From Lachnospiraceae bacterium (GTDB lineage: Bacteria; Bacillota; Clostridia; Lachnospirales; Lachnospiraceae): DNA of 54,840 nt. Below, one piece after another: positions 38,565-47,500 of the stretch. The stretch lies in NCBI GenBank assembly GCA_024695605.1, contig JAILHW010000151.1, positions 1 through 54,840 of the forward strand, read 5' to 3'. Position numbers and translations under genes: made by a program. The notes beneath the pieces are model-generated. The model ran no database searches. It saw only the letters and a program-made list of their open reading frames with translations, and had not been told where the DNA came from. The first letter of the stretch is position 1. Every line of letters begins with the position of its first letter.

Positions 38565-39352
38565 CAGATCACACCCCGCTTTCTTACTGCAGCCTTCAGT
38601 GAAATACTGTAGGATACAATACTCAACGCCGCCGCGATCAGCACCAGGATCCAGGATTTTTCCTTGATAAAATCCAGTGGTCTCCAGAAAACTGCCATAT
38701 CAAAAGCGCCGGTTTGATCCGTCATGATGCTCTGTATCAGGCTGCGGAAGTACCCGAGATTGCAAAGGATCAGGGTGATCGCCATCAGGAGCAGGGAAAA
38801 GATCTGCGCATAGGCCTGACTGCCATATCCCAAAAGGATACAAAAAAAGATGACCAGCGCACTGTAAATGCTCATGACAGAGGCTGCCGACAATATGATC
38901 CCCAGAAAATCCCGAAAGCGGATCAGGTCGGTCAGCAGGGAAAGGATGCCTGCAAGTGTGACATCCAGCAACGTACCGATCCCAAATAAGGCATAGATTG
39001 TCAGAAATTTTGCCAAAAGCCGCTTGCTGATGGGCAGGGGCAGTGCGCCGGCGATCCGGTAAAATCCTGCTTTCCCATCCGCCTGAAAAACATTTGCCAT
39101 ATCGCCAACCGTTGCGATGGGAAGCAGCATGAAAAGCACCAATGCCACCGATGCAAGATTATTTACATCAATATCCGATGCCTGCTCTGCCCGCAGCATT
39201 TCCTGCCCGGCCATGGCAAGATTTCCATAGCGGGCGCTGAGCACGAACAGGATAGAAGTGAACACAACACCGATCATCACAAAGACAAAGACCTGAAGCT
39301 GATGCTTTAAACACATGATATCCTTTAGGATCAAACCCTTCATACCACTCAC
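38564..39352 (-). CDS. ABC-2 type transporter permease
   Basis: 262 aa and 6 TM; N-terminus MKGLILKDIMCLKHQ. Its stop overlaps the next gene's start by 1 nt. Confidence 0.7.
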   Translation of the reverse strand: MSGMKGLILKDIMCLKHQLQVFVFVMIGVVFTSILFVLSARYGNLAMAGQEMLRAEQASDIDVNNLASVALVLFMLLPIATVGDMANVFQADGKAGFYRIAGALPLPISKRLLAKFLTIYALFGIGTLLDVTLAGILSLLTDLIRFRDFLGIILSAASVMSIYSALVIFFCILLGYGSQAYAQIFSLLLMAITLILCNLGYFRSLIQSIMTDQTGAFDMAVFWRPLDFIKEKSWILVLIAAALSIVSYSISLKAAVRKRGVI

Positions 39353-39382
39353 CTCGAATTGATTTCGTAGTTTTTCTTCATC

Positions 39383-40246
39383 CTATTTTTTTCTGACATA
39401 ATACAGCATGATCTGCTCCAGAGAAGCCCTCTCACATACCATATCCGGGTAGAGCTTCGCAGCCGAGAACCGGTCATTTACCAGCACTTCACAGCCAAAA
39501 CTGCTTGTCTCGCTGCCTACTATAAGAGAAGTGCTGATCCCGGAAAGAGCTTCTTTTTTGCAGCGCAGGATCCCGTGTTTTTCCAGGATCTCATCCTTGT
39601 TGCCGGCAAGGACGATCCTGCCGCCGTCGATAAAGACCACCTCATCCGCAATCTTCTCCAGGTCGCTTGTGATATGGGAAGAAAGCAGGATCGTGTGATC
39701 CTCCTGCAGGACAAATTCCCGGAAGATATCGGTCATTTCGTTTCGCACGATGGGATCAAGGCCGCTGGTAGGCTCGTCCATGACAAGAAGCTTTGCATGA
39801 TGGGAGAGCGCAACAGCGATCTGCAGCTTCATCCGCATGCCCCGGGAAAAATCTCCGCATTTCTTCTTTGAAGGAAGGCTGAAGCGCTTCATATGATCGA
39901 AGAAAGCCGCCTCATCCCAATTTTTATAGATGTTTTTCATCATGATATTGATATCGTGGCCGGTCATGAATTCATGAAAACCCATTTCATCAAAGACCAC
40001 ACCGATGTCTTCCCGAAGGGCGGCGCTGTTCTGGTCGACGTTTTGGCCAAAGACGCGCACTTCTCCGCTGTCTCTGCCCACGATATCCAGGATCAGGTTG
40101 ATGGTCGTGGTCTTTCCGGCGCCGTTCTGTCCGATGAAGCCGCAGACAGATCCTTCCGGAACGGAAAAACTGACCCTGTCCAGCTTAAAATCGCCGAAGT
40201 CCTTTACAACATTTTCCAGTTCGATGACATTTTTGATCTCATCCAT
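39383..40246 (-). CDS. ABC transporter ATP-binding protein
   Basis: Walker A GQNGAGKTT, signature SRGMRMKL and Walker B LLVMDEPTSGLD. The start ATG overlaps the GntR stop (ATGGATGA). Confidence 0.9.
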   Translation of the reverse strand: MDEIKNVIELENVVKDFGDFKLDRVSFSVPEGSVCGFIGQNGAGKTTTINLILDIVGRDSGEVRVFGQNVDQNSAALREDIGVVFDEMGFHEFMTGHDINIMMKNIYKNWDEAAFFDHMKRFSLPSKKKCGDFSRGMRMKLQIAVALSHHAKLLVMDEPTSGLDPIVRNEMTDIFREFVLQEDHTILLSSHITSDLEKIADEVVFIDGGRIVLAGNKDEILEKHGILRCKKEALSGISTSLIVGSETSSFGCEVLVNDRFSAAKLYPDMVCERASLEQIMLYYVRKK

Positions 40247-40622
40247 TTTTCTTTTCCTCATAAATGATCGAAAGCATCTCCTGCATTTCGGAAAGGGATA
40301 CCTTACCCAGAATTGCCTTATCCGCTGCCTTTTCCAGGCATTCTTCAATGGCAAAGAGCATACTTTCCTTCATAAGATCGCTGTTGATGCCTTTGACAAA
40401 GCTCCCCTTCCCGACTACGGATTCGATAAACCCATCCCGTTCCAGGTCCTCATAGGCCCGCTTGGTTGTGATCACGCTGATCCGAAGCTCCTTCGCCAAA
40501 AGGCGCATCGACGGCAGGGCGTCCCCTGCTGCCAGATCTCCGCTTAAGATCATACTCTTGATCTGCTCCTCAATCTGCTCATAAATGGGCACACCGGAAG
40601 CGTTGCTGATGATGATGTCCAT
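40239..40622 (-). CDS. GntR-family (YtrA-like) transcriptional regulator
   Basis: PSMRLLAKELRISVITTKRAYEDLERDGFI wHTH and a short C-terminal domain. Start at MDIIISN has a GGAG SD. The ORF-track start at 40670 lies inside the promoter. Confidence 0.85.
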   Translation of the reverse strand: MDIIISNASGVPIYEQIEEQIKSMILSGDLAAGDALPSMRLLAKELRISVITTKRAYEDLERDGFIESVVGKGSFVKGINSDLMKESMLFAIEECLEKAADKAILGKVSLSEMQEMLSIIYEEKKNG

Positions 40623-40649
40623 ATTGTTTATCACTCCAATAATATTATT

Positions 40650-40689
40650 GTGTATATTCATTATATACACTTTGAAAATGATTTGTCAA
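40650..40689 (-). promoter_or_regulatory. Putative promoter (TTGACA-18 nt-TATAAT) overlapped by an 8-bp inverted repeat GTGTATAT-N5-ATATACAC (candidate GntR operator)
   Basis: -35 at 40689-40684, -10 at 40665-40660, palindrome at 40650-40670. Confidence 0.5.
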
Positions 40690-40809
40690 GCATAATTTGT
40701 ATCGGTTTATATAAAAAAGAGCCCCGGTATCCTACCTTTTTTGGACTTTTTTCAAAAATATGCTATTATCACCCTATGATTATTTACATGAAAGAGAGGC
40801 TTGAATGAT

Positions 40810-41625
40810 ATGTTCTGTAGAAAAATGCGGCTTTTGTTTTTATTGGCACTTCTTGTTTTACTGCCTTCTGAAAAACTGAAGGCTGAGGTGCCTACTCCCT
40901 ATTTTGGAGAATACCAGTACTGCGATGAAAAATATTCCACAAGCTTCATCGATCTTCACATCTGCATAGAGGATTCCAATACGGCAGATGGGATCGAAAT
41001 ATACAGAAAGCAGGGGAAAGGTGCTTTTCAGCTGATCACCACGATCCCAGTTAAGCAGGGCGAGGAAAGCTACAGCTACAGGGACAAAAATGTCCGATAT
41101 GCAAAAACTTATACCTACAAGCTTCGTTGTTTCAAAACGCTGAACGGTCAAAAGAGCTTTTCCGATTTTTCCTCACCCTTTGACAGAACCGCGGCAAACA
41201 GATGGGCAAAATACAAAATCCGTAAGATCAATTACTCCCCGGAGGGGATCACGGTTTCCCTGAAGAATATGAAAAACAATGGAAAACTGGTAATAGACAA
41301 AAAGGGCCTGTCCGATATCACCTTTGAATCCGGAAGTGGAGAGGGAATCACCCTTGTGGAACTGGGCCTTAAGGCCTATTCCTATGACGGCGTGCATTGG
41401 AAAAACCTTGGTAAAAAATGTACCCTGAAAGCCAAGGATTCCAAGGCATTGTACCTTCGCTTCGTCCCCATCGATGAGGACTATGATCTGCCGGCTGCCC
41501 TTCCGTCGGATGCCACCATCATGATGAACCATGTAGAGTACAACAGTCTCTGGTATACCTGGATGAAGCTGAATCTGTCCGCCAAAAGGGCACATACCGG
41601 TTTGGATCTTGAATACTATCACTAA
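40810..41625 (+). CDS. Secreted protein of unknown function
   Basis: Signal peptide MRLLFLLALLVLLPSEKLKAE. An AGAGAGG SD lies 11 nt before the ATG at 40810. The ORF track starts at a TTG at 40801. Confidence 0.65.
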   Translation: MFCRKMRLLFLLALLVLLPSEKLKAEVPTPYFGEYQYCDEKYSTSFIDLHICIEDSNTADGIEIYRKQGKGAFQLITTIPVKQGEESYSYRDKNVRYAKTYTYKLRCFKTLNGQKSFSDFSSPFDRTAANRWAKYKIRKINYSPEGITVSLKNMKNNGKLVIDKKGLSDITFESGSGEGITLVELGLKAYSYDGVHWKNLGKKCTLKAKDSKALYLRFVPIDEDYDLPAALPSDATIMMNHVEYNSLWYTWMKLNLSAKRAHTGLDLEYYH

Positions 41626-41630
41626 AGGCA

Positions 41631-41816
41631 CTACTCGAACCTGAGTCTGTCAACCACGCTCCTTTTGCTGAGGTTATGATATGCAACCACCGGAATGATC
41701 AGGATCAGCACACAAAGCAACGGCAGACTGATTACAAGGGGCGCCAGGGTAAAATGCCACTTGAACATGGCGATCCCGTCCACAAACGCTTTGATCAGAC
41801 TCTGCTTTTGTTGCCA
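41631..41816 (-). pseudogene. Orphan 3' fragment resembling the last TM helix and C-terminus of an FtsX/MacB-type ABC permease
   Basis: The open frame reads WQQKQSLIKAFVDGIAMFKWHFTLAPLVISLPLLCVLILIIPVVAYHNLSKRSVVDRLRFE-stop. A stop codon lies 3 codons upstream, and there is no N-terminal part. Confidence 0.4.
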
Positions 41817-41837
41817 TAGTTTCTCCTAATAAAGTAA

Positions 41838-41867
41838 GTGAGGAGTGCGGGAATCCACACTCCTCAC
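41838..41867. terminator. Perfect 10-bp stem hairpin (GTGAGGAGTG-N10-CACTCCTCAC) with T-rich flanks on both strands
   Basis: Read directly; possibly a bidirectional terminator. Confidence 0.45.
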
Positions 41868-42030
41868 TGCATTTTCTTAAATGAGAGTTTTCTGCTGGTT
41901 GTCAGCCGCGATACCCAATTAGAACATCTTAAGCGATGGAAGTTTACCCTGCTCCACCTGCAGCACAACTTTTTACGTTAACTTCCTGAAATAGTTCCAC
42001 TAAAACCTATGATCCACATTCTGGCGAGCA

Positions 42031-42489
42031 TCATTTGCTCGTTTTTCTTTTCCGGCCACGATGTCTTGCCGGCTTTGGCTTTTCTTCCTCCACCTTTGTA
42101 TCCGAATCAAGCAACTCCGGAATCTTATGCTCATCCAGCACCTTCTGAATGATAAGATATGCGCCGATCCGAAGGCAGCTGCTCCTATTCGAATTGAACT
42201 TCTCTTCCGGTAACTCAACTTCGGGAAAATACGTCAGGAAGTTCTGGTTCGGTACCATCATCTTCGCATTCTCTTTTGATAGTTTTCCGATGGTCACCCT
42301 TTCAGGGATCGTATATTGCCTGTCCTTATAATACTTTCTCCCGATCTCATAGTTGACGTATATCGCATTTCCTTTTTGCTTGGTAGTGATTTTGCCCTTT
42401 ACATTCGGTACTTCGATGAGAAAATCCAGGTACATTCGTACCTCCTTATGATACACAAGATTTAGTGGTACTTCCTGCGGGAAGTTCAC
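42031..42489 (-). pseudogene. Possible truncated transposase N-terminal fragment (IS4/IS1634-like), uncertain
   Basis: 152-aa ORF. The KGKITTKQKGNAIYVNYEIGRKYYKDRQYTIPERVTIGKL and SCLRIGAYLIIQKVLDEHKIPELL pattern resembles IS transposase N-termini. The ORF ends in a basic out-of-context tail and has no catalytic domain. Confidence 0.3.
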
Positions 42490-42492
42490 GTA

Positions 42493-42525
42493 TTAAAACC
42501 CTTTTCAACTTCTGAGAAAAGGGTT
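42493..42525 (-). terminator. Terminator downstream of the pilin operon
   Basis: AACCCTTTTC-N9-GAAAAGGGTT is a perfect 10-bp stem, followed by UUUAAUA on the minus strand. Confidence 0.5.
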
Positions 42526-42627
42526 GCCCCTGCTCCCTGAAGTGAAGATTGGCAATATAGGTGGTCTTGCCGATCGTGCGTGTTACTGTAAAACCACTAA
42601 AAACCTTTGTTGCCTGCTACAGCACTG

Positions 42628-43503
42628 CTATCCCACATCGCTGTACATGGTGGGTTCATTTTTATAGTATACCGTATTCAGCACAGGAATCCGTCGTTTC
42701 TTTCGATACAGCTCCTTAAGACTTCCGTCTTCTGCAACCTCACTTACGATAACGGTCACATCCACAAACTCTACTCTTTCTCCCTCCGGTGTGCTTTGAG
42801 GCTCTGTGGAAAAAAGCAGCCCGATCTTCTGGTTCTGATACAGCTGCTTCGGAAGCCTTTCCGTCGCATGCCATACCACATCCTTTCCGATGATGTCGGC
42901 ATATACGGACGATGCCGCATCGCTGCCTGGAACGATCCTGTTCAGAAACAGTCCCTTGTAGGGGTCCCTGGTTTCCGAAAAGCGACTGTAATAGCACATG
43001 GTCAGATATCCCGGCTCCAGGTCTGCCTGATAAGAGGGTATGGACGGATCCGCGGTGGGCACCGCTCTTTTCCCGTCCTCATCGATCAGGATGTCATCGC
43101 AGCCATCGGCGTCTATCCGGACCGCAGTTGCCGTATCGTTGATATTGGAGGTCAGAAATTCTATCCCGCTTCCCTCATAGACGGCTCCGTTTTTGGAAAC
43201 AGACGCCTGACCGTTTCGGATGCGAAGATACCCTCCCTTTCCCTCCTGCGTGCTGCCCTGCATGGTGCGGATCTCTTTTTTCAGCTCCGCCAGAACAATG
43301 TCCGCTACCGAATAGGTGGTAGTCCTTCTTTCCTGCTCGTAAAAGAAGGTGACCGCATGCGAAATACACATGGTCGATACGGACAGAAAGATCGCAAGCA
43401 AAGCAAAGGTAACGATCAGCTCTACCATGGTCGTACCCCTTTTGCATCTGCAAATATCCGCGATTTTATGGTTGGTTTTCCTTAGCATACTTTGTGGACT
43501 CAT
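42628..43503 (-). CDS. Type IV pilin-like protein (prepilin N-terminal cleavage/methylation motif), minor pilin candidate
   Basis: CKRG-TTMVELIVTFALLAIFLSV has Gly at -1, Glu at +5 and a hydrophobic helix. The start overlaps the upstream stop by 4 nt. Confidence 0.8.
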   Translation of the reverse strand: MSPQSMLRKTNHKIADICRCKRGTTMVELIVTFALLAIFLSVSTMCISHAVTFFYEQERRTTTYSVADIVLAELKKEIRTMQGSTQEGKGGYLRIRNGQASVSKNGAVYEGSGIEFLTSNINDTATAVRIDADGCDDILIDEDGKRAVPTADPSIPSYQADLEPGYLTMCYYSRFSETRDPYKGLFLNRIVPGSDAASSVYADIIGKDVVWHATERLPKQLYQNQKIGLLFSTEPQSTPEGERVEFVDVTVIVSEVAEDGSLKELYRKKRRIPVLNTVYYKNEPTMYSDVG

Positions 43504-43985
43504 TTTTTCGTTGAAAACAGATACAGCTTTCTGACCTGTCCCTGTGTTTCATCGTCTGTGGGCGTGTAGGTGCCGTTCGTGTTGCGGAACATAAGGCAGG
43601 CTGTTGAAACCTGCACCGGGATCTCGGTGCCCTCCGGATCCTTAAAGGTATAGCTGATGGTGCCCTCTTTCGTAAGCTCATAGGGCTCATCTCCGGTAAG
43701 CGCAGTCTGCACGGCCTTTTCAAAGGATTCCTGTCCGCGGTCAAGATCTATGGCCTCCTTTACCATATTGGAGGAAAACTTTATACTGCCGTACAGGATG
43801 ACCATGACGAGTATGAGCATCACAAAAGCGACCGTTACCTCAACCATGGTCATACCGTCCCTGCCCCTAAGGAGCAGTTTCCCTTTCCGGTAAGGTATCA
43901 TCATCCGTTTGATATACTTAGTCAGATTCATATGCTTTGTCCGTTTCATCATTTTTTTCATCCATGTGCCGCTTTTTCGAATCAC
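43500..43985 (-). CDS. Type IV pilin-like protein, minor pilin candidate (true start may be an internal Met)
   Basis: GRDG-MTMVEVTVAFVMLILVMVIL motif. The ORF as drawn has an unusually long basic leader. Confidence 0.75.
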   Translation of the reverse strand: MIRKSGTWMKKMMKRTKHMNLTKYIKRMMIPYRKGKLLLRGRDGMTMVEVTVAFVMLILVMVILYGSIKFSSNMVKEAIDLDRGQESFEKAVQTALTGDEPYELTKEGTISYTFKDPEGTEIPVQVSTACLMFRNTNGTYTPTDDETQGQVRKLYLFSTKK

Positions 43986-44530
43986 GGCTGTGCGGCTGTC
44001 GGAGGCTGATAATACCCCCGAAACTTGTACTTTAAGGCTGAGGGCGATCCTGAAATCTCATATTTACAGCTGCAGGAGGCGACCGGCGTGGATTCATCAT
44101 CCGCACTTATGGTCACGACAAGGCTGCCGGCAGATGCGCCCTTATCAAGAACTATGTCAAGCCCTGCATACGCTCCGCCCGAAGCGGGAGGCGGTGCCAC
44201 AAGCTCAATCTTTTGAGGCGCGCCCTCGCTTTCATCGGCTATAAAGCTGTTGATATAGGTAACCAAAGGGGATGTTACCCCCGTATTCGAATACTCCTCT
44301 ATTTCCTTTTGCAGGATCGCGGAAAAGGAAAGCACCTGCCTGTAATACATTTCATCCCTGCCCTCATCCGCCACAGTTGCCAGCATCTGATAGGTGGAAA
44401 CCAGTATCGTCAGGGACAGGATCATCACAACTGCCATGACACAGACCACAACGATCATGGCCGCTCCGCTCTCCCGCATTTTCCCCTTTTTTTGACAAGT
44501 TTTCCCTTTGCCTGCTTTGCACATCTTCAT
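43982..44530 (-). CDS. PilX/ComGG-like pseudopilin (hydrophobic N-terminal helix without Glu5)
   Basis: RESGAAMIVVVCVMAVVMILSLTILVSTYQML. It lies directly after the giant pilin gene. Confidence 0.6.
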   Translation of the reverse strand: MKMCKAGKGKTCQKKGKMRESGAAMIVVVCVMAVVMILSLTILVSTYQMLATVADEGRDEMYYRQVLSFSAILQKEIEEYSNTGVTSPLVTYINSFIADESEGAPQKIELVAPPPASGGAYAGLDIVLDKGASAGSLVVTISADDESTPVASCSCKYEISGSPSALKYKFRGYYQPPTAAQP

Positions 44531-44531
44531 A

Positions 44532-47500
44532 TCAGGGTTCTCCCGTATTGATCAGAGCATCTGCCCAAACACTGTTTTTATTCGTATAGTCACTGCTTCT
44601 GTTCAGAGCAGCTGCGTAATAATACTTCATTCCCTCGGCTGTCATAAGACGGATGATACCCTCCTCTCTGCTCTTGCCCTGAGCCACCTCTGCAGTAACC
44701 GGCAGCCAGAATCGCAGATGATCCTCATAATTGCTGGTATCAAGATTTGTCTCAGCTATCCAGGCAGCTACATGGAATTCCCTGTACTGCGTCAGATCAA
44801 TGCCAAGCTGCTCCACATTGATATCCAGAGAGATATCTTTTGTTTTGCTATTAGTCGTCTGGAATGAATACTCATCCTGCAGATTGAGACAGAAGCTGAC
44901 GGGATAGCCGTCTGAGGCATCATCTCTTGGATATGCATACACCTCTACCATAGGATACACCGGAACCACCTGTCCCTTACCGGAGCCGTGGTAGCCTATC
45001 TGTCCGCTAAAGCTTATGGTATTTCCGGAAACGGTTGCCTCTGTCTGGGTGATATTGTCAATATTTACCCTGAAATCTCCGTCATGGAAATTCTGCCAGA
45101 GCCAGATAGAATTCTCCGTCAATGTGCAGATCTCCGAATCCGGCAGAAGCTCGGATACAGCCTGCGCCGTGACAGGTTTTACATCTCTATTTCCATCTCT
45201 GTTGACGGCAACGGCATACGGCATCACCTGATCTGCCAGCGAGGTATCATTCGTGTCTATTTCAAAGCTACTGCTTCCGACTTTGAGCTTTATGATAGCA
45301 TCGGTTCCCACATAGGCCTCGGGATTTTTCAGCCGCACATACCACTTCGGACTACTACTCATCTGCAGGCAGATATATTCAATCTTAGGTGTCGCAAGCT
45401 GCTCTCTGACCTTAAGAAGTATGGGCTTACTGTAATAGGAATCGCCCCAAAGCTTATGATCCTTCACTCTGGCAACAACATAGTATTCATAGTTGACAAA
45501 ATCAAATCTGACTCCGTCCGGTTCTCTGGCAATATAGTTATGCCCGGTAACCTCATGTATTTCCGTCTGTCTTTCCACATCACACATCTGTATGGAATCC
45601 ACCGTGTAGCTGACCGCATTCCCCGAAACGGTTCCGTCAGGCAGCACTGTGCTTTCCGGTTTTGGAGCCTTGTAATAGATCGTTTCCACATCAAAGCGCT
45701 CAGGCGTGCTTCCGTCGGGACCGGTCCACTCCGCCTGTGTCAGATCCTGTGTCTTAACGACACTGCCGTCTGCAAGTGTCTGCTCATATTCCGGATGATA
45801 GACGGAAAGTGTGTCCGCAAAGGTATCCTGATCCGATCTGGCCAGAACATAGTCCTTCAGATTGTTGCTTACAGTGTCCCAATAATGCGGATCCTGTAAG
45901 GGAGCGACAAAGTAATATTTGTCTTTCCCTGCTCCGTCCTGCATATCATCAGCGTCTCCGACCACATGGATATAACCGTTTTTGCGGGTAAAGCTTCCTC
46001 CTTCCATCCGCGAAAGGGCAGTCTCTTCATCCAACTCATAGTAATGCGCGATCATCATATCGCTGTACTCCGCATACTGTGCCCTGTAGCCCGAATACCA
46101 GGCACTGATCCTGAGGCTGGATATATCATATCCGCTAAGATCCAGATCGGGTATGCTGATATCTGCTGTGTGCATAAGATTCGCGTTACCGTCGTTTACC
46201 AGCTCAAGATCATCACTTAAATACAGGGTCTTTTCGGTTCCGTCTGTATCCTTTGCGCTGACCTCGATCCTGTAATAATGCTGCAGCCAGCCTGTTCTGC
46301 TGCCGTCAGCAATGGCTATGGAGTCACCCTTTGTGGTATAACGCAGCCGGCCGCTGAAATGAAGCACGCGATCCTCATCTATATAGCATCCGTTTTCCCG
46401 GGCCGCAAAGCTTTGCAGATTGATCTTGACCTTCCCATTACCGCTATAGTTCTCAGGCAAATACAGCTTTCCCTTTTCGCCATCCTTCTTCGGTGTAACG
46501 ATCACCACTCCCGAAGGACTGTAATCGGTACCGTAAGCCTTGGCCAAAATGCCGTTGCCAAGATCAGCGCCGCGCCGGTTGTAATATGCTTTTCCGTCCA
46601 AAACGGAGGTATCTACTTCGATATTGTCATTCGTATTTCCCTGCGGCTTGTTATTGAAGTACAGACCGATCTTAACCCCTGTTGTATCCTCATAATCCTC
46701 CATATTAAGGAGTCTGAAGCTGTAGGTCGGGGTGTCTCGGTTTAAGGCCGCCACTTCCAGGATCGGCGCAGGAAGTACCGATCTGTGATACAGATAAAGC
46801 GGTGCCTGACTGCTCTGGGCAGAGTCATTGTCCAGTGTGCCCACAGCTGTCCTGTCCGTAATGTACCCGGACACTCTCTTTTTGCCGGCTGCCTGCGCCT
46901 TATCCACCTCGAAGTAATAATTGACAGGACCCTGGCCGGTGGAGGCATGCCAGCATTCCACCTTGAAGTCCCCGTAATCCGACAGTGCAATATCGGAGGG
47001 AACATCATAGTAACCGATATTGATCGTTTCCGACTGTCCGGCACTTAAGGAATACTCTCTTTCCGCAACGGTTTCCCAATGCCCCTTTCTTTTTGCATCG
47101 CTGCCGACATACCTGCCGTACAGCTCCAGTCTGAATACCTGGGGCTTTCGATCCTCCGTGGCTTTGTAGGTAAGGATAGCACTGTACTCCGGTCTTAAGG
47201 GTTGATCCAGCCCGTTGTCAGCCTCCGAAATGTTCATTTCGGCTCCGCCGGGCTCCAGATTCGATGGGATATAAACAGTTGTCGCAAACTCATCCGCAGC
47301 CAGAATATCCTTTTTCTCCTCCGGATCGTCTCCCTCTGATCCGGATACAGGCTCTGCAAAGCCGTAAACCTCTTTGTCACAGACATTCCTGGGGATATTG
47401 CCGGTGTAGTAAGAAAGCTTCTCCTCAGAATAATCCCGGTCAAAGTCGATCAGATAACGGGTATTGTTGTTTGCAAAGCGCACCCCTACCTCAAAGTCAT

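Noticed and set aside
40623-40670. Upstream extension of the GntR ORF (MYIMNIHNNIIGVINN)
   Set aside because: The extension coincides with the -10 box and the operator palindrome. The MDIIISN start has a proper SD. Similar over-long track starts were trimmed for the ABC ATPase (40354 to 40246), adk (6335 to 6305), rpsD (3303 to 3252) and the DUF2752 gene (21205 to 21139).
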